Shown here in pieces: positions 1 through 7,782 of a stretch of DNA of 10,625 bases. The notes under the pieces are model-generated. The model saw nothing but the letters and a program-made list of their open reading frames with translations, ran no database searches and was not told the origin of the DNA. The position numbers and the translations under genes are program-made. The first letter of the stretch is position 1; each line of letters begins with the position of its first letter. Origin of the DNA: a bacterium (GTDB lineage: Bacteria > Zhuqueibacterota > Zhuqueibacteria > Oceanimicrobiales > Oceanimicrobiaceae); contig JBHIAC010000115.1 of NCBI GenBank assembly GCA_046758365.1, forward strand, positions 1-10,625, in the 5' to 3' direction.

Positions 1-61
1 TTTAAAGCAATTATGTAATTCAAAATTCAAATTTTTAATTGTTTTGCCCTCAATCTTTTTG

Positions 62-91
62 CCTTTTTGGTTCTGGTTTGGCCAGGTTAGG
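62..91 (+). repeat. 30-bp dispersed repeat, copy 1
   Basis: CCTTTTTGGTTCTGGTTTGGCCAGGTTAGG, 25/30 identical to 3111-3140. Confidence 0.8.
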
Positions 92-112
92 GTTAAGTAG
101 GAGATTTAAAGG

Positions 113-1924
113 ATGAAAATATTTAAGTTTCTACCCACATTATTTCTTTTTACTATTATTTTTACAACAAACGCTTTTTCTGAGGGGGAAAATAATATTA
201 CACTCTTGAATAAAAGTTTCTATTATACTCTTGGGGATAAAAATAATCAAAGAACTTTATATTTATTTTATCCAGACACAGCTCGGAAGATTCAGGTATT
301 CTTGCCAAAAATAAGTTTACAAGGAAAGTACGGTCAAATGGCTGTAGAATTCCCAACTGTTCTCAACCCTTTTGCGGATAAAAAAGTCCCTGGCGGCATC
401 TTATTTTCCCTTCCAATTAAAAAAAGTGATAAGTTTATTCATGAAGTAAATTTTCAATTTTCAACAGAAGGCCTAAAAGCAGACAATTATAAAGGTGTTA
501 TAAACGGAATTATCAACAAAAGCACTCTTATTCCATTGGGTGAATTGGAAATTAATGTGCTTTCACCTGCTCCCCAAAAAGATATTTTTGTTTTCCCTGT
601 TTTAGTTTTAGCCATCGGATCCGTGCTTTCCTGGTTTATGGCTATACATATTCCAAGAAGGCGGAAGAGACTTGAACTAGAAATTAAAATTGTTAACCTA
701 AGGAATGAAATAGATCAGCTAGTAGCGCCTGCAACCTCGTTGTACAGAAAGCTTCGACGAAAAACACTAAAAGCTTCGGAAATGAACCAACTCTCCGAAT
801 TTGGTGCAGTGGAAGAGCGAGTCAGAGAGACAGAGGACCTGCTGGCGATTTGCAGAGAAGTACAAAAAATCGAGAACCGAGTTGAGACCAGAGAACTCAT
901 TCCTATTGATTGGGAAGAAGAAGTTAAAAAAAATCTGGAGGAGGTTTATTTAAATTTAGAAGAAGAAAATATAGAAGCGGCAAACATTGGGGTAAATAAA
1001 GCGTTTGAATATTTTGATTTTGATAAAAAAACGGAGAAATTAGACGAATTTAAATCCGATTTAATTAGAGAAATCGAAGGTCTACCCACTTCTAGTCTTA
1101 ATCAGGTTTTGAAAGAAGAAATTGTAAAATTAAAGCAAAGGGCCAAAAGTTTGGACCATGAATTGGACAAAGTTATTGCGATTAATCGAGATTTCAGAAA
1201 GCTTGAATTGATTTTACAAGTGGAACAAGATGTTGAAATTCCTGACACGCTCAAAAAACGGGTAAAATATTTGCTGACAGAAAAAGATGATTTCACCAAA
1301 GCCAAAGAATTAATTCAGATTGCCAAGGAAGGGTTAGATGAGGATTATTATCGCAATCTTATTTCGAAAAATCAGGTTAAAATTGCCATTAAAGGGGATC
1401 CCCATACCTATATTTCTCTGACTTTTGAGTTGAAATATGAAGACAAAAACAGGAATCCTGAACAAATCAACAATACTTTACTAGCTACCCAAAAGTTCAG
1501 CTATACCTGGGATTTGGGCGATGGATATATACAGACAGGTAAAACGACGGTTCACTTTTTTAAAAAACCCGGCACCTATACCATTTCACTTACTATCAAA
1601 GATCCTCAAGGTGAGCCTATTTTTACCAGCACCGATGGCATTACAGTCAAAAAAGAATTAAATATTGCTAAGACTATTCGCACAGGTGACTTTAAACACC
1701 AGAAGCTGGCTTTACCAAAGCGACTTTTCAGTGGCATTCGTAAGTTAGATACAATTGCCTTTGCCATAAGCGTTGCCATTGCTACGATCATTGGTTTGCA
1801 GACTCACTATATTGAAAACGCCACCTTTGGAAGTTTAAAGGACTATACATCTCTATTTCTGTGGGGCTTCAGCCTAGATTCGGCCAAAAACGGTTTTCTA
1901 TCTTTAATGAAGAAGCCAAGGTAA
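113..1924 (+). CDS. Hypothetical membrane protein with PKD-like domain (signal peptide, TM, helical/coiled-coil region, PKD, C-terminal hydrophobic hairpin)
   Basis: 603-aa ORF with AGGAG at 99-103. N-terminal signal peptide (MKIFKFLPTLFLFTIIFTTNAFS). TM at aa ~158-180 followed by PRRRKR. E/K/L-rich helical middle. PKD signature YTWDLGDG...HFFKKPGTYTISLTIKD from aa 464. Hydrophobic segments from aa ~547. Confidence 0.8.
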   Translation: MKIFKFLPTLFLFTIIFTTNAFSEGENNITLLNKSFYYTLGDKNNQRTLYLFYPDTARKIQVFLPKISLQGKYGQMAVEFPTVLNPFADKKVPGGILFSLPIKKSDKFIHEVNFQFSTEGLKADNYKGVINGIINKSTLIPLGELEINVLSPAPQKDIFVFPVLVLAIGSVLSWFMAIHIPRRRKRLELEIKIVNLRNEIDQLVAPATSLYRKLRRKTLKASEMNQLSEFGAVEERVRETEDLLAICREVQKIENRVETRELIPIDWEEEVKKNLEEVYLNLEEENIEAANIGVNKAFEYFDFDKKTEKLDEFKSDLIREIEGLPTSSLNQVLKEEIVKLKQRAKSLDHELDKVIAINRDFRKLELILQVEQDVEIPDTLKKRVKYLLTEKDDFTKAKELIQIAKEGLDEDYYRNLISKNQVKIAIKGDPHTYISLTFELKYEDKNRNPEQINNTLLATQKFSYTWDLGDGYIQTGKTTVHFFKKPGTYTISLTIKDPQGEPIFTSTDGITVKKELNIAKTIRTGDFKHQKLALPKRLFSGIRKLDTIAFAISVAIATIIGLQTHYIENATFGSLKDYTSLFLWGFSLDSAKNGFLSLMKKPR

Positions 1925-1943
1925 CAGTAACTAAAATAAAATT

Positions 1944-2993
1944 ATGTGGCCAAGGTCATTCTTTAAGCATTTTTCTTGGTGGTCAAGACAAATTACCACT
2001 TTTAAAAGAATTTGGCTCACCATTGGAATCTTTTTCTTAATTTTACTTTCAGGTACGGTGGGGTATATTTTTATCGAAGCGTGGTCGCCCTATGAATCCC
2101 TTTATATGACTATTATTACCCTTTCGACGGTTGGTTTTCAAGAGGTAAGGCCACTTTCTGATGGAGGGCGTGTGTTTACAGCCTGTTTAATTGTAGTGGG
2201 TATTGGAACAGTGGGCTATGGCTTTGGAAATTTAGCCGCATTTTTTATTGAAGGAGAATTAAAGGAACTATTTCGAGCACGAAAAATGGAAAATATAATT
2301 GAAAAACTTCGCGATCATATCATTATTTGTGGATTTGGCCATGAGGGTCGGCATGCTGGGGAAGAGCTTCAAAGGAGTAAAGTTCCCTTTTTAATAGTTG
2401 AAAAAGATGCTGAATTAGTGGAAAAACTGCGTAACGAGGGATTGCTGGTTTTGCATGGAGATGCCACCCAGGATGAAGTGCTAAACCAGGCACGTGTGTC
2501 AACAGCAAAAGGATTGATTGCTACCATGCCAGAAGACGCGGAAAATCTGTTTGTAACATTTACTGCCAGAGGATTTAACCCTAATTTAACCATTGTCACT
2601 CGAGCCGCAGATGAAGCTACTGGCGCTAAATTATTTCGAGCTGGAGCAAACAAGGTAATTTCTTCGCGTGAAATTGGCGGTAGGCGTATGGCTTCAGTTC
2701 TTCTCCGTCCGAAAGTGGTGAATTTTTTAGATGTAATCATGCAAGACCAGGAGCTTGCCCTGCACTTGGAAGAAATTGACGTTACAGAAGATAGCCCTTT
2801 TTCTGGTAAGTCTATTCGGGAGCTTCACATTCGTGAACGTACCGGCGCCATGGTGATCGCTTACCATCGTGAAGGGAAGCCTATCCAAGTTAATCCACCA
2901 GCCGATAGCGTTCTCCAACCTGGCGATGTATTAATTGTCATGGGAAATGATAGTCAAGTAGAGCAGTTGTGCCGAATTGCTAATTCTGGGTAA
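1944..2993 (+). CDS. Potassium channel family protein, 2TM pore + RCK (TrkA-N/TrkA-C)
   Basis: M1 helix, pore helix and filter-like SLYMTIITLSTVGFQEV, M2 helix, Rossmann motif HIIICGFGHEG, GDAT, RAGANKVIS, and TrkA-C LQPGDVLIVMG. The start has no clear SD, so the exact start is uncertain. Confidence 0.92.
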   Translation: MWPRSFFKHFSWWSRQITTFKRIWLTIGIFFLILLSGTVGYIFIEAWSPYESLYMTIITLSTVGFQEVRPLSDGGRVFTACLIVVGIGTVGYGFGNLAAFFIEGELKELFRARKMENIIEKLRDHIIICGFGHEGRHAGEELQRSKVPFLIVEKDAELVEKLRNEGLLVLHGDATQDEVLNQARVSTAKGLIATMPEDAENLFVTFTARGFNPNLTIVTRAADEATGAKLFRAGANKVISSREIGGRRMASVLLRPKVVNFLDVIMQDQELALHLEEIDVTEDSPFSGKSIRELHIRERTGAMVIAYHREGKPIQVNPPADSVLQPGDVLIVMGNDSQVEQLCRIANSG

Positions 2994-3023
2994 ATAAGGT
3001 AAAGAAATTAGAAAAAACATTTT

Positions 3024-3090
3024 CCAACGGATAGAAACAAGCCAACCGATATAAAATCATTTCATCCGTTGGGTTGTTTCAATCCGTTGG
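3024..3090. repeat. Long imperfect palindrome between convergent genes (REP-like; possible bidirectional terminator)
   Basis: 27-nt arms 3024-3050 and 3064-3090 pair at 24/27 positions around a 13-nt loop. Each arm holds two CCAAC(G/C)GAT units. Confidence 0.8.
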
Positions 3091-3110
3091 GGTAGATTTT
3101 TTGTTGAAAA

Positions 3111-3140
3111 CCTTTTTGGTTGCGGCTTGTCCGGGTTAGG
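3111..3140 (+). repeat. 30-bp dispersed repeat, copy 2
   Basis: CCTTTTTGGTTGCGGCTTGTCCGGGTTAGG, same orientation as 62-91. Confidence 0.8.
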
Positions 3141-3146
3141 TTTTTA

Positions 3147-4847
3147 TTATTTTAATTTGGAAATCCGACCTTTCTTTAAAAACAGCGGATTTATAAGAAT
3201 CAAGTAAGACCAAACTATAATAAATCCAGCGAAAGAAATACTTAGCCTTTTAAACATTTTTTTAACAAAATTTCGAAATCTTTTTATGGGATTTATTTGT
3301 GGTATGGAACCGATGACCATTAGCAGAACTGCCACAGCTATTGAACCGTAGGTTTTCACAGGGATGTTTATGGGCAGCGGTTTATGCCAATTTACAATGA
3401 GAAAATAGAGCAAACCTAAACTTGCTGCCGCTAATAAAATATAACAAATAGTTTTCAAAGTATTGACTAATTTTACAGCCTTAAGAAAACGACTACTGCC
3501 TACTTTTAAGTGTTTAACATATTGTTTTAAAGGGTTAGTACAGGTCATGAATGATTGTACCTGTAAGAAATTCCAGTTTGATTTTGGATTCTGCTTACTT
3601 TGGTTTTGTGAATAAAATTTTTCTGTCAATTTATCATCGAACTGTTTTTCTGCAATCAGATATCCACTACACATGAGGGAATAGGCCTCAACATCACTAA
3701 AAGAATCTAAGTCAGTACGGATATTAGAGAGCTGGGACTGGATTTCTCGATTCACACCATAGTTGGTTTGGCCATAGGTTTTCTCAATTTGCCCTTCTTT
3801 GTTCTCACCGCTGTACCAAGTTTTTTCGGGCCGAAGAAGATCTTTCTTTAAATGTAGAAATACAAACTCGTTTATTTTATTAGCTTTAAGTCGAGGTTTA
3901 AAGGCGGCAATTTCCTCCTCCCGAACTCGGTCCATTAAAATGTTATTACTCCTAAGTAAAACAGAAAAGATACCTGTTTTAGGTTCCAATATATCTCCCA
4001 TTTGACCACTGGCATCACTGCAAATTATATGGGTACAGTTTTCTTCCAAGAGGCTGTTTATTCCTTGATTGTCATGAACGCCTCCATCCACTAACTGAAC
4101 AGTTATTTCTTCATATAAATTTGAAATAGGCAGAGGATGAAATATTCCAGGCACACATGCAGATGCGGCCACTGCAGCTCCCAGAGGAAAATGTTTGTGT
4201 CTGTGTTCACGAGCCTCATAATAGTACAATCTTCGGAGGCGAAGATTTTTATCCACATCCTCATAGTCACTAGGGGGTTCCCCCATCCAGGTAGCAGTGA
4301 ATTGCCAATTATGTCCGGTATTTAATGTGGTAGCATTGAGCACTAAAATGGGCACTTTACATCTGCGATCCAAATTGTGCTTTCTCGGATGAAAATTTTG
4401 CGGTCCCCCTTTTGGCTGGATTTTTAAATCAGGCATAGATATTTTGTGCTTTTTTAATACCGGCTCATAAAAATGTTTGCTATAAAGCTGACCTATCCTA
4501 TCGCTGCGAGAATAGCTCTCAGAAAACATTCGAAAATTGCTGAGGATATTCCCAAAAGTCCGCATGCGGATATTTTTTTGAACTCCTTTTAAGAAATTTA
4601 CCTCGATTTTCTTTAAACTATCAATATAATCTTCTTTAATAATTTCTTCATCTCGTTTTTCTTCAAGCAAATTTTTTATGTGAAGATAATAGAGAGCGCC
4701 AAAAATCGAACCGCCCGAAACAGTACTAATAACTTCAACTTCTCGAAGGAGGTCCAATTCTGCTAACCGCGCCAGAACCCCAATATGAAAAAAGGAGGCG
4801 CGAAATCCTCCCCCTGATAAAGCCAAGCCTATCTTTCTTTGTTGCAT
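3147..4847 (-). CDS. Patatin-like phospholipase with C-terminal transmembrane helices
   Basis: Oxyanion loop ALSGGGFRA, nucleophile elbow STVSGGS, AASACVPG, catalytic LVDGGVHDNQG, and about three hydrophobic segments at the C-terminus. Start moved from 4919 to ATG 4847 (MQQRKIG), which has a GAGGGA SD upstream and directly precedes the first patatin strand. Confidence 0.9.
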   Translation of the reverse strand: MQQRKIGLALSGGGFRASFFHIGVLARLAELDLLREVEVISTVSGGSIFGALYYLHIKNLLEEKRDEEIIKEDYIDSLKKIEVNFLKGVQKNIRMRTFGNILSNFRMFSESYSRSDRIGQLYSKHFYEPVLKKHKISMPDLKIQPKGGPQNFHPRKHNLDRRCKVPILVLNATTLNTGHNWQFTATWMGEPPSDYEDVDKNLRLRRLYYYEAREHRHKHFPLGAAVAASACVPGIFHPLPISNLYEEITVQLVDGGVHDNQGINSLLEENCTHIICSDASGQMGDILEPKTGIFSVLLRSNNILMDRVREEEIAAFKPRLKANKINEFVFLHLKKDLLRPEKTWYSGENKEGQIEKTYGQTNYGVNREIQSQLSNIRTDLDSFSDVEAYSLMCSGYLIAEKQFDDKLTEKFYSQNQSKQNPKSNWNFLQVQSFMTCTNPLKQYVKHLKVGSSRFLKAVKLVNTLKTICYILLAAASLGLLYFLIVNWHKPLPINIPVKTYGSIAVAVLLMVIGSIPQINPIKRFRNFVKKMFKRLSISFAGFIIVWSYLILINPLFLKKGRISKLK

Positions 4848-5033
4848 ATTCTTTAATCCCTCTATATTAAATTTGATAGTTATTAAAGAGTGAGCAAATA
4901 TTTTAATTAAATTTAACATTAAAAATATGAAATATCAAGGACAAATTCGTTTTAATTGCATTAATACAAGAGCTTATGGATTTATTCAAATAAGACTGCT
5001 AAAAAGAAAAGTTGCATAATTTTAAAAAAATAC

Positions 5034-5063
5034 TTGACAAATTAATTTTTATTAATATATTAT
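5034..5063 (+). promoter_or_regulatory. Putative sigma-70 promoter upstream of the kinase
   Basis: Perfect TTGACA at 5034-5039. -10 candidates TATATT (5056-5061, 16-nt spacer) or TATTAT (5058-5063, 18-nt spacer). A/T tract upstream. Confidence 0.55.
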
Positions 5064-5484
5064 GTAGCGGGATAATTTTGATCGTAGAATGGAAATAACC
5101 ACATTATTTGAGGGAGGTGGAATAAATACAAAGGTTCTCATAATATTAATTACCTGAGGAGGAACCGGAAAGCTATAGGCTAGTCAATTCGAATCTGCTA
5201 TTTATCCCCGATAATACCTTTAAGTCTCCCACTCGTAACCTTACAAGGGGAAGTTAGAGTTAACGTTCGTTGTCTTTCAACGTTGCACTTTCAGTAATCT
5301 TAATTTAATTCTAGTTATTTAAATGTTAGCCTTCTGACTTTTATAATACTATTTATGCCACTTTAATCGACCTTTATCTTTTTAAGAATTTAACGGACGA
5401 GATGAACCCTACTCACTTTTGTTTTGGCCGTTTTTCGCTATTACAAGTAGTGTTCATTGTTCAATCATTGGTTTTTAGCTAAAA

Positions 5485-7626
5485 ATGGAAAAAAGAAACG
5501 TGCGTGAGGAACAGCTAAAACTGAAAGAATCTCGGCATCGTTATGACGAACTCTACGATTGCGCTCCAGTAGGCTATATCATTTTAGATAATAAGGGCTG
5601 TATCCAAGCGATCAATTTGACTGCCGCAGCACAACTGGGTATTGAACGGCCTCAACTGATTGGTAAACCGTTCACCTCTTTTGTGATAAAAAGTGATGTT
5701 AGGAAATTTAAGACTTATTTGCAGCAATGCAGGCAAGCAAAGAATAAAGTGACTACGGAAGTGGGACTTTTGGTGAAAGGGAGTGAATCGATCTATGTAC
5801 AATTGATAAGTATTGCGGTTCAGGATTCTAGGCATTCCGTTTTAGGGTACAGAACAATAATAATGGACATCACCGAACGTAAGCGGATAGAGGAAGAGTT
5901 ACTAGAGAGTGAAGAACGATACCGCGCAACATTCGAACAAGCGGTAGACCCTATCGTACTGGTAGATACAGAGACTGGCGCTATTGTAAAATTTAACAAA
6001 AAGGCGTATGAAAACCTTGGCTATATGTACGAAGAATTCCAAAAGCTCAATATAACCGACGTTGAGGTAATTGAAACTGCTGAAGAGGTAAAAAAGCACA
6101 TTAAAAAAATCGTAAAAGAAGGTAGTGATGAATTTGAAACAAAACTCAAGACCAAGAGTGGTGAGATACGGGATGTTCTGGCGAACAGCAAAGTCATCTG
6201 CTACCATGGGAAAATCTTACTTCAAAGCAACTGGCACGACATCACTGAGCGCAAGCAGGCCGAGGAAGCGTTGCACGAAAGTGAAGAACGGTTTCGAAAA
6301 TTGTCTGAAGCATCTTTTGAAGGAATTGCTTTTCACGATAAAGGTAATATTTTAGAAGTAAACAAAAATTTTGCCGAGATGTTTGGTTACGAACTAAATG
6401 AAGTGATAGGAATGCATGCATTAGACTTTACGGCACAGGAATCCCGTGATTTAGTATTAAAAAATATTGTTTCAGGATATGAAAAACCTTACGAAGTGGT
6501 AGGATTAAGAAAAGACGGATCGACTTTTCAAATTGAAGTCAGAGGCAAAGCCATCTCTTACCAAGGACGTGTGGTGCGGGTGACGGCGATACGAGATATA
6601 ACCGAGCGTAAGAAGGCAGAGAAGGCTCTCGAGGAGAGTGTGAAGAGGTTCAAATTTTTGGTTGATTCTATAAATGATGGACTTGGACAAGTAGATGATA
6701 ATCAAATAGTTACGTACGTTAATGACAATATGTGTAAGATGCTTGGTTATAATAAAAGTGAGCTAATTGGCCAACATAGTATTAACTTTTTAGGTGAGAC
6801 CAAAAAAGAAAGATTTCAAAATCTACTAGATTTACGTAAAAAAGGAATCGAGCAATCCTATGAGCTCGAACTTAAAAGAAAAGACGGAACCAAAATATCT
6901 GTGCTTGTCTCACCAAAGGCTTTATTTGATGCAGACGATAAATATAAAGGAACCTTTGCCGTGTGCACAGACATTACTGAACATAAACGGGCTGAAGAGA
7001 AAATCAAAGCAGCACTCAAAGAAAAAGAGATGCTTCTCAAAGAAATTCACCATCGAGTCAAAAATAATTTACAAATCATTAACAGTCTTCTCGACCTCCA
7101 GTCCGAATATATCAAGGATAAAAAAGTTCTTGAGTTATTTAAGAGAAGCCAGAGCCGTTTAAAATCCATTGCGCTTATACATGATCAATTATATCAATCT
7201 AAGGTTTTGGCAAAGATTAACTTTAATGAATATATTCAAAACCTCACAGAGAACTTGTTCCAATTAAACAAAATTATTTCTGATGCCATCCAATTAAAGT
7301 TAAATGTGGAGGATGTTTTACTGAGTATTAATACGGCAATTCCTTGTGGCTTGATAATCAATGAACTAGTTTCAAATGCTCTGAAATATGCTTTTCCAGC
7401 AAGCAGGGTCGGGCAAATACTCATCGAATTTCGCAAAGTAAATGATAATAAGTTTACTCTAATTGTCAAGGATAACGGTGTTGGCCTTCCTAAAGAAATG
7501 GACTTTCGAAGCACAGAATCATTTGGTCTACAATTAGTATGCATTTTAACCGAGCAGCTTGATGGTATTATCGAGCTTGACAGAAAGGGAGGAACCACCT
7601 TTAAGATTACATTTACAGAAAAATAG
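5485..7626 (+). CDS. Cytoplasmic PAS-domain sensor histidine kinase (4 PAS/PAC, HisKA_2, HATPase_c)
   Basis: Four PAS-PAC units ending DITERK (x3) or DITEHK. H-box EIHHRVKNNLQ. ATPase boxes NELVSNALKYAF, DNGVG, FGL, GTTF. No TM segment. Confidence 0.95.
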   Translation: MEKRNVREEQLKLKESRHRYDELYDCAPVGYIILDNKGCIQAINLTAAAQLGIERPQLIGKPFTSFVIKSDVRKFKTYLQQCRQAKNKVTTEVGLLVKGSESIYVQLISIAVQDSRHSVLGYRTIIMDITERKRIEEELLESEERYRATFEQAVDPIVLVDTETGAIVKFNKKAYENLGYMYEEFQKLNITDVEVIETAEEVKKHIKKIVKEGSDEFETKLKTKSGEIRDVLANSKVICYHGKILLQSNWHDITERKQAEEALHESEERFRKLSEASFEGIAFHDKGNILEVNKNFAEMFGYELNEVIGMHALDFTAQESRDLVLKNIVSGYEKPYEVVGLRKDGSTFQIEVRGKAISYQGRVVRVTAIRDITERKKAEKALEESVKRFKFLVDSINDGLGQVDDNQIVTYVNDNMCKMLGYNKSELIGQHSINFLGETKKERFQNLLDLRKKGIEQSYELELKRKDGTKISVLVSPKALFDADDKYKGTFAVCTDITEHKRAEEKIKAALKEKEMLLKEIHHRVKNNLQIINSLLDLQSEYIKDKKVLELFKRSQSRLKSIALIHDQLYQSKVLAKINFNEYIQNLTENLFQLNKIISDAIQLKLNVEDVLLSINTAIPCGLIINELVSNALKYAFPASRVGQILIEFRKVNDNKFTLIVKDNGVGLPKEMDFRSTESFGLQLVCILTEQLDGIIELDRKGGTTFKITFTEK

Positions 7627-7749
7627 TAACTATTCAGGCTGTCATTCTGAAAGAATCTTTTTTGAATCAACGTCCGAACGAACCTTGTTTACTTAGTGCT
7701 AAAATTTACAAAGATTCCTACGGAATGACAGGGCAGCCTGAATAGTTAC
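7626..7749. mobile_element. 124-bp MITE (non-autonomous element)
   Basis: Perfect 16-bp terminal inverted repeats GTAACTATTCAGGCTG (7626-7641) and CAGCCTGAATAGTTAC (7734-7749). Flanked by an 8-bp direct repeat GAAAAATA (7618-7625 and 7750-7757). No transposase inside. Confidence 0.88.
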
Positions 7750-7782
7750 GAAAAATAATATAATGGGGAGAGGAATAATATA

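Noticed and set aside
1..18. Possible 3' end of an upstream CDS (FKAIM*)
   Set aside because: Five codons are too few to support a call.
2208..2222. Perfect TVGYG string in the channel
   Set aside because: It lies within the M2 helix (IVVGIGTVGYGFG), not after the pore helix. The true filter position is 2127-2144, so this is probably coincidence.
3024..3141. Integron attC site (ACCTAAC just after the patatin stop on the minus strand; GTTAGGT on plus)
   Set aside because: There is no matching complementary R box with proper L-box spacing, the flanking genes are convergent rather than co-oriented, and no integrase is in the window. IntegronFinder would settle it.
3147..4847. CBASS or other named defence system
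   Set aside because: No CD-NTase, Cap2/Cap3, STAND NTPase or other partner gene is in the window.
4848..4919. 24-aa N-terminal extension of the patatin in the ORF track
   Set aside because: There is no SD at 4919. ATG 4847 has a good SD and matches the domain start.
5130..5200. c-di-GMP-I riboswitch (GGAAAGCTATAGG resembles part of the motif)
   Set aside because: It lacks the GNRA-capped stem, the GCAAA junction and a recognisable second stem.
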